Source: Candidatus Eiseniibacteriota bacterium
GTDB taxonomy: Bacteria > Eisenbacteria > RBG-16-71-46 > CAIMUX01 > WJJG01
Length of the DNA stretch: 64,000 nt
Reading direction: 5' to 3'
NCBI GenBank assembly: GCA_023129715.1
Contig: JAGMBO010000049.1
Coordinates: 53,600-117,599, forward strand
In this document: positions 1-9,465 of the stretch, in pieces
Layout of the letters: every line of letters begins with the position of its first letter
How positions within the stretch are numbered: the first letter of the stretch is position 1
Translations under genes and position numbers: made by a program
The notes under the pieces: generated by a model
What the model was told of the DNA's origin: nothing
Seen by the model: only the letters and a program-made list of their open reading frames with translations
Database searches by the model: none

Positions 1-56
1 CAGGTCAGATCAGGGTAGATCAGATCAGATCAGGGCAGATCAGAGCACATCGGAGC
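1..56. repeat. Short tandem repeat array (cagatcag / gatcagggNagatcag units) at the window edge, possibly partial
   Basis: Direct reading: caggtcagatcagggtagatcagatcagatcagggcagatcagagcacatcggagc. It lies immediately upstream of the first gene. Confidence 0.5.
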
Positions 57-65
57 AAAGGAGGA

Positions 66-854
66 ATGGAGATGACGAGCAGGAGCATCCTCAGGAGAGG
101 AAGGGAATCCAGGCGCTGGTTGCCGGTCGCATTCTTGGCGCTGCTGGTGGTTGGAGTCGGGATCCCGGCCGATGCGCAAGGCCCGGGCCATGGGCGTGGC
201 CATGGGCGTGGCACGGGCATGCAGGTCGACGAGCAGGTTTCGGTGGTGCCGGAGGCCACGGCTGGCCGCTGCGACCGGCTCTGCGAGCGGCTCGATGTAA
301 CCGACGAGCAGAGGGAAGAGATCGAGAAGATCCGCACCGAGGCGCAGGAGCAGCGCCTTGCGATGCACAAGGAGTTGAGGCGGGCGCGCCACGCTCTAAA
401 AGGGGAGCTACTCGAGGACGAACCCTCAATGAGCACCGTGCGCAATTTGGCTCGCAAGGTGGGTGAGATCGAAACCCAGCGCGACATCGCCCGCCTCGAA
501 CAGCGCATGGCGATCCGCAAGATCCTTACTCCAGAGCAGCGTGATCGTCTACTCTTCATGGGGCAGCGTGGGGGTCACCATCGCGGCGGCCCGAGCCGCG
601 GGCCGTGCGCGCCCCATGGTGGTGCTCACCTGTGGCACGGCCCACGGCCTTGCCACCCGGGGGCGCCGGGAGCTCCCTGTGCACCGGGTGCGCCGCAGGC
701 GCCGGGATACGGCCATGACCCCCATGGCATGGGTCGCGGGTTCCATGGCGAGTGGTTCATGCCCGATCAGATGGTGCCCGGCCCCGACGATGCGCCGGCC
801 GAGGAGATGCTCGACTACGGTCTCCTCTTGGAAGACGCGCTGTTGGACGAGTAG
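66..854 (+). CDS. Periplasmic LTXXQ-motif protein (CpxP/Spy/ZraP-like) with a His/Gly/Pro-rich C-terminal tail
   Basis: Signal-peptide-like N-terminus (LPVAFLALLVVGVGIPADA). LTXXQ-type motifs VTDEQREEIEKI and LTPEQRDRL. C-terminus rich in H/G/P, suggesting metal binding. Good GC3 bias. Confidence 0.6.
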   Translation: MEMTSRSILRRGRESRRWLPVAFLALLVVGVGIPADAQGPGHGRGHGRGTGMQVDEQVSVVPEATAGRCDRLCERLDVTDEQREEIEKIRTEAQEQRLAMHKELRRARHALKGELLEDEPSMSTVRNLARKVGEIETQRDIARLEQRMAIRKILTPEQRDRLLFMGQRGGHHRGGPSRGPCAPHGGAHLWHGPRPCHPGAPGAPCAPGAPQAPGYGHDPHGMGRGFHGEWFMPDQMVPGPDDAPAEEMLDYGLLLEDALLDE

Positions 855-946
855 GGCCGTGACGAACTTGGAACAGCCGGGGTACCCGCGGGAGCGTCCG
901 GCCCCCGCGGGTCCTCTGCTGCAATGCGAAGAGACGATCGCCAGAC

Positions 947-1492
947 GTGAACGACGACGACCTGATGAGGCGCGTGGCGCAGGGCGACGAGGAGTCGTTC
1001 CGGATCCTCGTGGAACGCTGGGAACGGCCTGTCTTCGCGTTTCTGGAACGGATGACCGGTTCCACCGAAGAGGCGCTCGACCTCAGTCAGGAAGTCTTCG
1101 TCCGGGTCTTTCGAAAGGCCCGGCGCTACACGCCCAACGGGCGTTTCCGTTCCTGGATCTTCCGCATCGCGGGCAATCTCGCTCGCAGTCTGTTGCGCCG
1201 CCGGAAGATCCTGCGCTGGGTGCGCTTCGATTCACGCCGCCACGAGCGGCCGGCAACCGGAGAGGGACCGGAGGCGCAGTATGAGCAGAAGATGCTGCGC
1301 AAGGCGGTCCGCGAGGCAATCGCCCGGCTGCCTGAGCGGCAACGCCGGGCGCTCCTGATGCGGCGTTACGAGGGAATGAGCTACCAGGAGATCGCGCTCA
1401 GTCTCGGCACGACGGTGCCGGCGGTCGAGTCGCTTCTGCAGCGCGCGTTGCGTGTCCTGCGCGAGGAACTCGGCCGCGAGGGGAAGAGATGA
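947..1492 (+). CDS. ECF-type RNA polymerase sigma factor (sigma-70 regions 2 and 4)
   Basis: N-terminal region-2-like block (DLSQEVFVRVFRKARRY) and C-terminal region-4 helix-turn-helix (MSYQEIALSLGTTVPAVESLLQRA). Size 181 aa. Confidence 0.8.
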   Translation: MNDDDLMRRVAQGDEESFRILVERWERPVFAFLERMTGSTEEALDLSQEVFVRVFRKARRYTPNGRFRSWIFRIAGNLARSLLRRRKILRWVRFDSRRHERPATGEGPEAQYEQKMLRKAVREAIARLPERQRRALLMRRYEGMSYQEIALSLGTTVPAVESLLQRALRVLREELGREGKR

Positions 1493-1929
1493 TGGGACCT
1501 CACATCGATGATCGCCTCGAGGCGTTCGTCGCCGGCGAAGTAACGGCCGAAGAAGCGGGGCGGATCCGGGCCCACTGTACCGACTGCCCGCGCTGCCGCC
1601 GCGCACTGGCCGAGACGCAGGCCGCCTGGGACGCGCTCGACAATGATGCCTCCCCTGAACTTCCGCGCCCCCTCTGGCCGCTTCTGCGCGCGCGGATCGA
1701 GAAGCCGAGTTCACCCCGGGCAAGACTCGCGCTGACCGTCAGCGCATCGGCTGCCGCGGTTGCCGGGCTGGTTCTAGGGATCTATCTCGGATCTCAGTTC
1801 ATGGGCGCTCCCAGCGCGTGGCAGCAGGAGACCTGGACGCAGGTCGGCTCGTTGCTCGCTGATGGTGGGCAGGGCACGCTCGATCAGGTCTACGTCTCGG
1901 GCTTCGACGAGGGAGGTGATGAGCAGTGA
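1489..1929 (+). CDS. Zinc-finger (ZAS-type) anti-sigma factor with one transmembrane segment
   Basis: ATGA start/stop overlap with the sigma-factor gene. HCTDCPRC matches an HxxxCxxC zinc motif. One hydrophobic span (LALTVSASAAAVAGLVLGIYLG). Confidence 0.65.
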   Translation: MMGPHIDDRLEAFVAGEVTAEEAGRIRAHCTDCPRCRRALAETQAAWDALDNDASPELPRPLWPLLRARIEKPSSPRARLALTVSASAAAVAGLVLGIYLGSQFMGAPSAWQQETWTQVGSLLADGGQGTLDQVYVSGFDEGGDEQ

Positions 1930-2492
1930 GACGGGGTTGGTTCGTGCTGCTGGCACTTTCGCTGGGGCTGAACGCCGGCCTGTTCTATACGACTCTGGCG
2001 ACGCGTTCATCCGATGATCTGGCGCCGGCGCCGCCGCCTATGGTCGGCCCCCCCGTGGCGGTCCCCGGTCACCCGGGGCCGGGAATGGATCCACCCGGAG
2101 CGCCGGCCGTCGAGCAGATGATCCGGGGTCGCCACGAGCGGATGTGCCGTTTCCTCGTCCTCGGCGACGACCAGCGCAGGCAGACTCGGACGATCCTCGA
2201 TGCGGCGTTGCCCCGGATCGTCGCCCTGCGTGAGGATGTACACGAGATTCGTCGCCTGATCCATGACGCCTACCGTCAGCCTGAAATCGATGCGCCCCAC
2301 ATCCGCGGACTCGTCGAGCGGCTGACCGCGGCGCAGGCCCGGCTCGACTCCCTCGCCGCCGAGACGATGTTGCAGGAAGTCGCTCTCCTGACGCCCGAGC
2401 AGCGGGTCGCCTATTGGCGCGCGATGCCGTTTGGTCTGCCCCCACAGCCCGCCGGATGTGGCCGGCACGGTCTCCGGCACCACAAGCCCTGA
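1926..2492 (+). CDS. Second periplasmic LTXXQ/Spy-like protein
   Basis: GTG start overlaps the anti-sigma stop. N-terminal signal/TM segment. LTPEQRVAYWRAM motif. Pro-rich linker. Confidence 0.5.
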   Translation: MRRGWFVLLALSLGLNAGLFYTTLATRSSDDLAPAPPPMVGPPVAVPGHPGPGMDPPGAPAVEQMIRGRHERMCRFLVLGDDQRRQTRTILDAALPRIVALREDVHEIRRLIHDAYRQPEIDAPHIRGLVERLTAAQARLDSLAAETMLQEVALLTPEQRVAYWRAMPFGLPPQPAGCGRHGLRHHKP

Positions 2493-2820
2493 CAGCCCGT
2501 ACAGAGCCGGCGCAAGAGACCCGTTTTCAACGTGGTCTGACTTCTGCCACGGGCTCCCAAATCACCCCCCGCGATGCGCCACGGTCCAGTGGGGCGAGAT
2601 TCGCGCGCAGCCATTTGCCCTCCCCGGATTCCCGGGACGCGGCCGCGACGCGCAGGGCCACCCGCCCAGGGGCACCCGCCCGTGGCGCGGGCGTTTCGAC
2701 CGGGACCTTGATGGCCGCCCAGTGTGTGGTTGCAGTGGGGTTCTCTGCTAGACTCCCCATCTGGCCGAACCACCTGATCACCGGTTCGACCGGCCGGAAC
2801 TGCAGCGAGGGGGGGGGACG

Positions 2821-3660
2821 ATGCGACGCACGCTCCATGTTTCGTTTCTTGCGCTTAGCGTGGCATGGCTTGCTTTCTTCCCGGGCGCCGGGGAGGTGGG
2901 GTGCCAGGACTGCGCCGACTGCCCGCCGGGCGAGGGCGCTCCCGCGGACACCTTGCCGTTCACCGTCACGGCCGAGGCTCTGGATCTCACCTGCTATCCG
3001 GCCCGGATCGCTTCCGATGAAGGGCATTGGAGCTTCCTGCTTCGCGGCCGCGCGACGCTCGATCTCGTCGATGCGCACCTGCACACGTCGGTGGGCGACT
3101 TCGCGGCCGCCGGGATCCGCTATCCGACGCCGAACGGTGCCGTCGTCGACATCGAGTATCCCGAGTTGGTGGATACAATGGTCGACTTGGTGCTCGAAGG
3201 CCCGGATGCGGAACTGGCGCGCTTACCGATTCACGTTTTCGGTCCTGTCGATATTCCCGACGAAGATCGCCAGTCCGGCATCGTGCGACTGCAGCTCGAG
3301 GAGGGAACAATCCTCTATCCCCTCCATGTCGGACCCGGGAGCAGTTTGGTCGAGTATCGCACGCTCGCCGAGGTCACCGGAGATGAGGGCTTTTTGGGCG
3401 CACTGCGCGACCTGGGCATCGACCGGCTGCGCAAGGTGATGTCACGCTTCGCCGAGGGAGATACGGTGCAGTGGGATCCGAAGAACTACCGGGAGCTGCA
3501 CTACGGGGCCAAGCACCTGCGGATGTACCTGGTCTACCTCGATCCTTCGCAGTCCGAGGAGGCCTACCGCCAGGTCTTGCGCGGTTTTCCGCACGTCGAA
3601 GCAGCCTTCCTGAACGAGGTCCGCGCCGCCGCCATCCGCCGCAAGACCGGCGGCCGCTAG
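2821..3660 (+). CDS. Hypothetical secreted protein
   Basis: Signal peptide (LHVSFLALSVAWLAFFPGAG). Good codon bias. No recognisable family. Confidence 0.45.
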   Translation: MRRTLHVSFLALSVAWLAFFPGAGEVGCQDCADCPPGEGAPADTLPFTVTAEALDLTCYPARIASDEGHWSFLLRGRATLDLVDAHLHTSVGDFAAAGIRYPTPNGAVVDIEYPELVDTMVDLVLEGPDAELARLPIHVFGPVDIPDEDRQSGIVRLQLEEGTILYPLHVGPGSSLVEYRTLAEVTGDEGFLGALRDLGIDRLRKVMSRFAEGDTVQWDPKNYRELHYGAKHLRMYLVYLDPSQSEEAYRQVLRGFPHVEAAFLNEVRAAAIRRKTGGR

Positions 3661-3971
3661 ACGTGCTTGTCGATCATCTCGACGATTCTGTCGCGGTTCT
3701 GCAGGCCGATGAAGTGATCGACCTTCTCGCCGCCCTTCATGAAGACGACCGTCGGCACGCTCATGATGCCGAAACGCTTGGCCAGTCCCGGGGCCTTGGC
3801 GACATCGCAGTGGGCGATCACTGCCCGGCCCTGGTAAACGCCTTCCAGCTCTTTCAGGATCGGATCGAGCTTCTTACACGGTGGGCACCAGTCCGCCCCG
3901 AAATCCAGGACGATCAGGCCGTTGCTGTTCTCAACGTGCTGCGCGTAATTTCCGTCATCGATATCGAGCAT
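3657..3971 (-). CDS. trxA: Thioredoxin with variant WCPPC active site
   Basis: 104 aa. Active-site motif VLDFGADWCPPCKKLDPIL and conserved cis-Pro region MSVPTVVFMKGG. Convergent 4-bp overlap with the upstream gene. Confidence 0.85.
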   Translation of the reverse strand: MLDIDDGNYAQHVENSNGLIVLDFGADWCPPCKKLDPILKELEGVYQGRAVIAHCDVAKAPGLAKRFGIMSVPTVVFMKGGEKVDHFIGLQNRDRIVEMIDKHV

Positions 3972-4167
3972 CGAAACGACTCCTCCATTGTGGATGTGAC
4001 GGAGAACCTCACCCTATGGCCGCCGGGAAGTTCCCAACATCGGCCGCCGCCTGTCAAGGAGGAGCAGTCTGCCCCTTTCGCCGGTCGATCGCAAGCCTCG
4101 TGGCTCCACGCGCCTCCCTTCTGCGCCTCGCCTCGATCTGCTATCGTCGCGTCCGGCGCCCCGCGGA

Positions 4168-6642
4168 GTGTGCCGCGCGGTGCGCGGGATGGAAGGAGGG
4201 GTCGTTTTGCGGACCAAAGCTCGCTGCTTCTCACCCAGGGCTGCGGGATGGACGAGCGCGCTGCTGCCGCTGCTGATCGCATTCGTCGCGGCTGCGGTCT
4301 GCGCCACTCCGGCGGGAGCGATTCTCCAGGCAGGATTCGAGGCCACCGCACCGCCATCGACCGAGCGGGGCCCGAGCGAGATCCAGCCCTCGGTTTCCCA
4401 GCGCTCTTCGTTGATCGGTGAGCCGGCCCCCCCCTTCGCACTGCCCACGGTTACGGATGAGCAGATCGTCTATAGCGATACGCTCTTGGAGTCTGCGGCC
4501 GTGACTCTGCTGACCTTCTGGACGACCCACTGCGCTGAATGCATCCGGCGCCTGGAGATCTGCCAGGAACTCGATCGCTGGGGGCGGGAGGATGGGGTGC
4601 GCGCCTTCGGGGTCAATTTCGATGAGACCCCCAGCGCGCGCATCCAGCTCATGGTGCGCCAGGCGACTCCGCAGGTGACCCATGTCTTCGATGCCGGCGG
4701 CCAGACGGCAGCCCGCTATGGGGCAGGCGCCCACAGCTTCAGCGTCTTTCTCATCGATGCCGCCCGGATCGTTCGCGATGCCTTCTTCGAGATCCCCGCC
4801 GACTCCCTGGCCGGATTGCGGCCCCGGCTGAGCCGCTTGATCGAGGAGGCCTATGGTGGGGGCGAAGAGGGGCTGACCGGCACAGAGATGGTCACGACGA
4901 CGGTCTCGGCCGCCGCACCGGCAACGGCCCCGCCCCAGGACGCGGAGGAGGCAAAGCCCTTGGCTCTGGCCCAGGATGCGGCACCGGCAACGACTCCGGC
5001 TCCGGCCCAGGGCGCGGCGCAGGCAACGACTCCGGCTCCGGCCCAGGATGCGGAGCCGGAACCGGCGCGTTCCGGGCTGCTCGAGGAGTTCGGGCTGCTC
5101 AAGCGCCAGCGCCTCGAGGTCCATGGCGTCGGGCGCGTGCGCTGGATGCACATCAAGGGGAGCGGGGAAGACCCCACCGGGTCCTACGGCGAGCGCATCG
5201 ACCCGGGCGCCTCCCTGCGCCATCGCCTGGAACTCCAGATGATCTATGCCGTTAGCGCCAAACTTCGCGTCGGCGGCCTGCTCTGGTTGAGCAATGAGGG
5301 TGAGGCGGTGCTGCGCAGCGGCCCCGACTACCTCACCAGCGCGTGGGGCAGCGCGTTCATTCGCTACGACACCTCGGCCCGCTTGGGCTGCCTCGGGCGC
5401 CTGCGGGCCGCGTTGCGCGCCGGCTACTACGATCTGCACTTCACGCCGCTGACCCTGATGCGCTGGGACAAAGACGATTCCCCGATCAGCGGCGGCCAAC
5501 GCGTTCAGGGATGCGCCGTCTGCGGCGGTGAGGCGGGCCTGGCGGGATTCATCCGCTCGGAGAGCGTCGAGAAGCTCGGTCCCGACTACACCTTCGAGGG
5601 CGCGCGCGCCGATCTTTCACTCGGCGGGAGCCTTGATCTGACAGCGATCTACGCGCGGCCCCGCGAGTCCTGGCCGGAGCATCGCGGCGAGATCAGCCCG
5701 GAGACACGCACCGAATTGACCTACCGCCAGGAGATCTACGGTGGACGGCTGACCGGGTTGATTCCCCTCGCCTGGACCTCGCAGCCGGCGACCCTCTCCT
5801 CGACCCTGCTCTTGATCACCGACGACACCGAGGACTGGCCCTGGGGCGAGACCTACGGGATCTGGCCCGAGTACGCGCCGGGCACGGTCCGCTTGCTGGG
5901 GGGGGATGTCGTCCTGCCGCTGCCCTCGCGGATGGAACTGCGTGCCGAGCTGCTCCAGAGCCGCTGGGACGAGGAGACCCGGGAGGTGGGCGAGCCGAGC
6001 CCGGACCATGCCAATGCCTTCCGGGGCGAATGGATCCTCGATCTGCGGTCCGGCGGGGCGGAGCCGCTCGACTGGCTGCTCGGTCTGCTGGCTCCCGATA
6101 TGACCGCCAAGATCAACCTTGCCTACCAGCGCAGTGGGGCGGGGTTCTTCTCGCCATACGGGGCGCTCTCCTATGATGTTAACCTGCGTCCCTCACCCCA
6201 GGTGATCCAGCCGGGACTCGAGGGGCCGCGCGCCTGGATGCGAGTCGATTGGCGGATCTTCGGCGGGGGTGTGTTCGGCAAATGGCTCGATCCGGTCGAC
6301 CCGCACGCCACCGCCGAGACGGGCGGCGCTTCCGGGGTGCCCGGGGGGAAGTGGCGGATGACGAGCCTGTGGGCCGATGCCGCGCTCTGGCCCGGGGGCG
6401 TGTTGACCGCCGGCTGGGTGCGGGATGAGCGTGATCCGCTCGCGGTCCAGACCGAGACTCTGCGCGAGGAGCGCCGCACACTGGTGGTCGGCCTCGAGCA
6501 GGAGCTGGCGCCCCGCTGCGTGCTGCTCCTCGAAGGGCAGTTCCTCGACGGCGTGCGCGAACCGGTCGATGACGCCGCGGGCTTGATCGAGGAGGACTAC
6601 TCGACCCGCACGCTGCGCGTGATGCTCGACGTCGAGTTCTAG
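4168..6642 (+). CDS. Fusion protein: signal peptide, TlpA/ResA-like thiol:disulfide oxidoreductase domain (CxxC = HCAEC), Ala/Pro-rich repeat linker, then a ~520-aa beta-rich C-terminal domain ending in Phe (possible outer-membrane beta-barrel)
   Basis: LLTFWTTHCAECIRRLEICQELDRW is a thioredoxin-fold CxxC block. Linker repeats APATTPAPAQGAAQATTPAPAQDA. C-terminal alternating hydrophobic pattern, with terminal ...RVMLDVEF. True start probably lies downstream of 4168 at the signal peptide LLPLLIAFVAAAVCATPAGA. Confidence 0.55.
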   Translation: MCRAVRGMEGGVVLRTKARCFSPRAAGWTSALLPLLIAFVAAAVCATPAGAILQAGFEATAPPSTERGPSEIQPSVSQRSSLIGEPAPPFALPTVTDEQIVYSDTLLESAAVTLLTFWTTHCAECIRRLEICQELDRWGREDGVRAFGVNFDETPSARIQLMVRQATPQVTHVFDAGGQTAARYGAGAHSFSVFLIDAARIVRDAFFEIPADSLAGLRPRLSRLIEEAYGGGEEGLTGTEMVTTTVSAAAPATAPPQDAEEAKPLALAQDAAPATTPAPAQGAAQATTPAPAQDAEPEPARSGLLEEFGLLKRQRLEVHGVGRVRWMHIKGSGEDPTGSYGERIDPGASLRHRLELQMIYAVSAKLRVGGLLWLSNEGEAVLRSGPDYLTSAWGSAFIRYDTSARLGCLGRLRAALRAGYYDLHFTPLTLMRWDKDDSPISGGQRVQGCAVCGGEAGLAGFIRSESVEKLGPDYTFEGARADLSLGGSLDLTAIYARPRESWPEHRGEISPETRTELTYRQEIYGGRLTGLIPLAWTSQPATLSSTLLLITDDTEDWPWGETYGIWPEYAPGTVRLLGGDVVLPLPSRMELRAELLQSRWDEETREVGEPSPDHANAFRGEWILDLRSGGAEPLDWLLGLLAPDMTAKINLAYQRSGAGFFSPYGALSYDVNLRPSPQVIQPGLEGPRAWMRVDWRIFGGGVFGKWLDPVDPHATAETGGASGVPGGKWRMTSLWADAALWPGGVLTAGWVRDERDPLAVQTETLREERRTLVVGLEQELAPRCVLLLEGQFLDGVREPVDDAAGLIEEDYSTRTLRVMLDVEF

Positions 6643-6747
6643 TCCGCCGAGCCCCGCGTCCTTGCCCAGTTGCTCCACGGCGATCAATCGTGACCGAGGC
6701 GCCCGCGTTGCTCGGGCGGCGCGAGGCGTCAGTAGGCAGCTTGCGCT

Positions 6748-7956
6748 TTGCGGGTGCCGGGGGCTAGACTGGCGTTTCTGGCGGCGCCGCCCCCCGGCGG
6801 GCGACTGAGGAGGAACCGGGTAGCGAGGGAGGAGACGGTGGATCCACGCATCGCGTGCTTGGCAGACTTGTTGGTGAACTATTCCTGTGGCGTCAAGCGC
6901 GGCGAGAAGCTCCTGGTCGAGGTCAATGGCTTCGCCCCGCTCCCGCTGGTCGATGAGATCATCAGGATCGCGACCCGCAAGGGCGCCTTCGTCTTCTACG
7001 AATTCCGCCACGACCGGCTGCTACGCACCTTCTTGCAGCATGCCAGTGAGCAGCAGATCAAGGCCCAGGCGAAGGTCCCCCTCTACCAGATGCGCGACAT
7101 GGATTGCTACATCGGCGTCAGGGGATCGGACAATGTCGCCGAGCTCGCCGATGTCCCCTCCCGCCAGAACCAGCTCTATGCCCGGCACTACCGTCGTCCG
7201 GTGCACCTGAGGGAGCGGCTCTCCAACACGCGCTGGGTCGTGCTGCGCTATCCCAACCCGTCGATGGCCCAGGCGGCGCGCCAGCCGCTTGCCCGCTTCG
7301 AGTCGTTCTACTTCGATGTCTGCACCATGGATTACCCCAAGATGTCGCGGGCGATGAACCCGCTGAAGCGATTGATGGACCGCACCGACGAGGTGGTCAT
7401 CAAGGCACCCGGCACCGATCTGCGCTTCTCGATCAAGGGCCTGCCCGGGATCAAGTGTGCCGGCGAGATGAACATTCCCGACGGGGAGTGTTTCACGGCG
7501 CCGGTGCGTACAAGTATCGAGGGCACGGTGCGCTTCAACGCCGGTTCGCTGCAGGAGGGGACCGTCTTTGGGGACATCAACCTGACCTTCCGTAAGGGCA
7601 AGGTCGTCGCCGCGGAGGCGGGAGCGCAGACGAAGAAGCTCAACGAAGTCCTCGATCGCGACACCGGGGCGCGCTACGTCGGTGAGTTCGCCCTCGGCTT
7701 CAATCCCTACATCACCGAAACGATGCTCGACATTCTCTTCGACGAGAAGATTGCCGGCTCCTTTCACATGGCGCTCGGCAACGCCTACGACGAGTGTGAC
7801 AATGGGAACAAGTCGTCGCTGCACTGGGACCTGATCCAGATCCAGACGCCGAAACGAGGCGGCGGGGAGATCTGGTTCGACGGGACGTTGATCCGCAAGA
7901 ACGGAAGCTTCGTGCCCAAGTCGCTCCAGGGCCTCAATCCGGAGAACCTGAAGTAG
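6748..7956 (+). CDS. Aminopeptidase, M29 family (AmpS/PepS-like). True start probably ~6838
   Basis: N-terminus DPRIACLADLLVNYSCGVKRGEKLLV resembles the AmpS start (DPRIEKLAELLVNYS...). Length ~370 aa. Its frame excludes the antisense ORF 7021-8091. Confidence 0.7.
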   Translation: MRVPGARLAFLAAPPPGGRLRRNRVAREETVDPRIACLADLLVNYSCGVKRGEKLLVEVNGFAPLPLVDEIIRIATRKGAFVFYEFRHDRLLRTFLQHASEQQIKAQAKVPLYQMRDMDCYIGVRGSDNVAELADVPSRQNQLYARHYRRPVHLRERLSNTRWVVLRYPNPSMAQAARQPLARFESFYFDVCTMDYPKMSRAMNPLKRLMDRTDEVVIKAPGTDLRFSIKGLPGIKCAGEMNIPDGECFTAPVRTSIEGTVRFNAGSLQEGTVFGDINLTFRKGKVVAAEAGAQTKKLNEVLDRDTGARYVGEFALGFNPYITETMLDILFDEKIAGSFHMALGNAYDECDNGNKSSLHWDLIQIQTPKRGGGEIWFDGTLIRKNGSFVPKSLQGLNPENLK

Positions 7957-8076
7957 CACGCGTTCACCGCGCCGCGGTTGCGGCACGGTGGGGACGGACC
8001 GCCTACCGTTCCGGCTGCCGGGGCGGGCCGGCGGGATCGAGTGCCGGAGCATGGATGAACGAAGGGGAGGCGTGGC

Positions 8077-9402
8077 GTGATGCCAGGACAACGATCGAGG
8101 AACGCCGGTGTGCCGGGCAGCCGACGGGGCTCTCTTCCGGGCGATCCGGGCTGGGGGACGCTACTCTGGCGGCCGTTGCGGCTGGTGGCGCTCGTCTATC
8201 TCGCACTGCTCGGAACCGGTGGTCTTGCCGGCGTTTGGGTGCCGGCGGCGGCCCAGGATGCCGCCGCGCCGGTGGCATCAGAGGTGTTCTCCCCCGCTCC
8301 CGAGGGACACATCCCTCCGCCGGAACTGCCCCTCGACTTCTCCGTCGTCGATACGCCTTCCGATGACGGATCATCGCTGACGCTGCGATGGGATCCCGAT
8401 CAGGTCATGCAGACGCTGGGGGTGGCCACGATCGCCGCCCTAACGTTCGCGCGGCGCGCGGTCGAAGAGACCGAATTCCTGCCGGTGGGTAGAGCCCGTG
8501 TCCGCGATGGGGAGTTCCGTGACGCGGGCCTGGAGTCGGGAGTCGCGTACATTTACCGCATCGGTTTGGAAGATGAAGACGGACTCCTGCGCAACACGGC
8601 GGCCTCGGCCCCGCTCGTCCCGCAGGCCAACTTCTTCCGCACCCACCGGACCAACGCGCTGATTCTCGTGCTCCTGATGTTCGGCCTGGTCGTCGGCTTC
8701 ATTCTCGCCGCGCGCAAGGGCATCGATCTCTTCATCCGCCGGATCGCCGGCCTGGATGCCATCGCCGAGGCAGTCGGTCGCGCTACCGAAATGGGGCGCA
8801 AGATCCTTTATATCCCCGGGATCATCAGCGTCAACGAGCCACAGACATTGGCCAGTCTGGGCATCCTTGGCTATGTCGCCAAGCTGACCGCCCGCTACGG
8901 AACCAAGCTCGAGGTGCCCAACATCGATCCGCTGACGATGGCCGCGGCGCGCGAGATCGTCAAGCAATCCTACCTCGAGGAAGGCACACCCGAGGCGTTC
9001 AACGAAGACATGATCCACTACATCACCCAAGACCAGTTCGCCTACGCGGCGGCGGTCAACGGCATCATGGTGCGCGATCGCCCGGCGGCCATCTTCCTGC
9101 TCGGCTGGTTTGCCGCCGAGTCGCTGCTGCTCTCGGAGACGGGGCAGAGCGTGGGGGCGATCCAGATCGCCGGCACCGCCCAGGTCACCCAGCTGCCCTT
9201 CTTCGTCGCCGCCTGCGACTACACCATGCTGGGTGAGGAGCTCTTTGCCGCCAGCGCCTATCTCTCCAAAGATCCCCTGATCCTCGGATCGATCAAGGGA
9301 CAGGACATGGTCAAGGCGGTGATCCTGGTTGCGATCGTCGTCGGGGTGATCATGGTCTCGGCCGGTGTGCCCGGCTTCGCAGACTTGTTCTCCGCGCTCT
9401 AG
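8077..9402 (+). CDS. Membrane protein A: signal peptide, periplasmic Ig/FN3-like region, TM, conserved ~230-aa domain, C-terminal TM
   Basis: Strong GC3 bias. Hydrophobic segments LILVLLMFGLVVGFILAA and VILVAIVVGVIMVSAG. The internal domain shares motifs with the 10169-11023 product (GTAQVTQLP vs GTTAVSAPK; LGSIKGQD vs GVIGGMKGASE). Confidence 0.6.
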   Translation: MMPGQRSRNAGVPGSRRGSLPGDPGWGTLLWRPLRLVALVYLALLGTGGLAGVWVPAAAQDAAAPVASEVFSPAPEGHIPPPELPLDFSVVDTPSDDGSSLTLRWDPDQVMQTLGVATIAALTFARRAVEETEFLPVGRARVRDGEFRDAGLESGVAYIYRIGLEDEDGLLRNTAASAPLVPQANFFRTHRTNALILVLLMFGLVVGFILAARKGIDLFIRRIAGLDAIAEAVGRATEMGRKILYIPGIISVNEPQTLASLGILGYVAKLTARYGTKLEVPNIDPLTMAAAREIVKQSYLEEGTPEAFNEDMIHYITQDQFAYAAAVNGIMVRDRPAAIFLLGWFAAESLLLSETGQSVGAIQIAGTAQVTQLPFFVAACDYTMLGEELFAASAYLSKDPLILGSIKGQDMVKAVILVAIVVGVIMVSAGVPGFADLFSAL

Positions 9403-9465
9403 AGCAGCGCAAAGGCAGCGGCGGGGTGATCGCACCGCGCCTGGTACGGATCAGAAGGAAGGGTC

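Noticed and set aside
2414-3439. 341-aa plus-strand ORF overlapping the secreted-protein gene 2821-3660
   Set aside because: Arg/Ser/Ala-rich, low-complexity translation typical of off-frame reading in high-GC DNA. The other frame (2821-3660) has a signal peptide and better GC3 bias.
4231-5499. 422-aa minus-strand ORF antisense to the TlpA-fusion gene
   Set aside because: Antisense to a gene with recognisable thioredoxin motifs. Arg-rich junk composition.
7021-8091. 356-aa minus-strand ORF
   Set aside because: Antisense to the M29 aminopeptidase, whose frame has family-specific N-terminal similarity.
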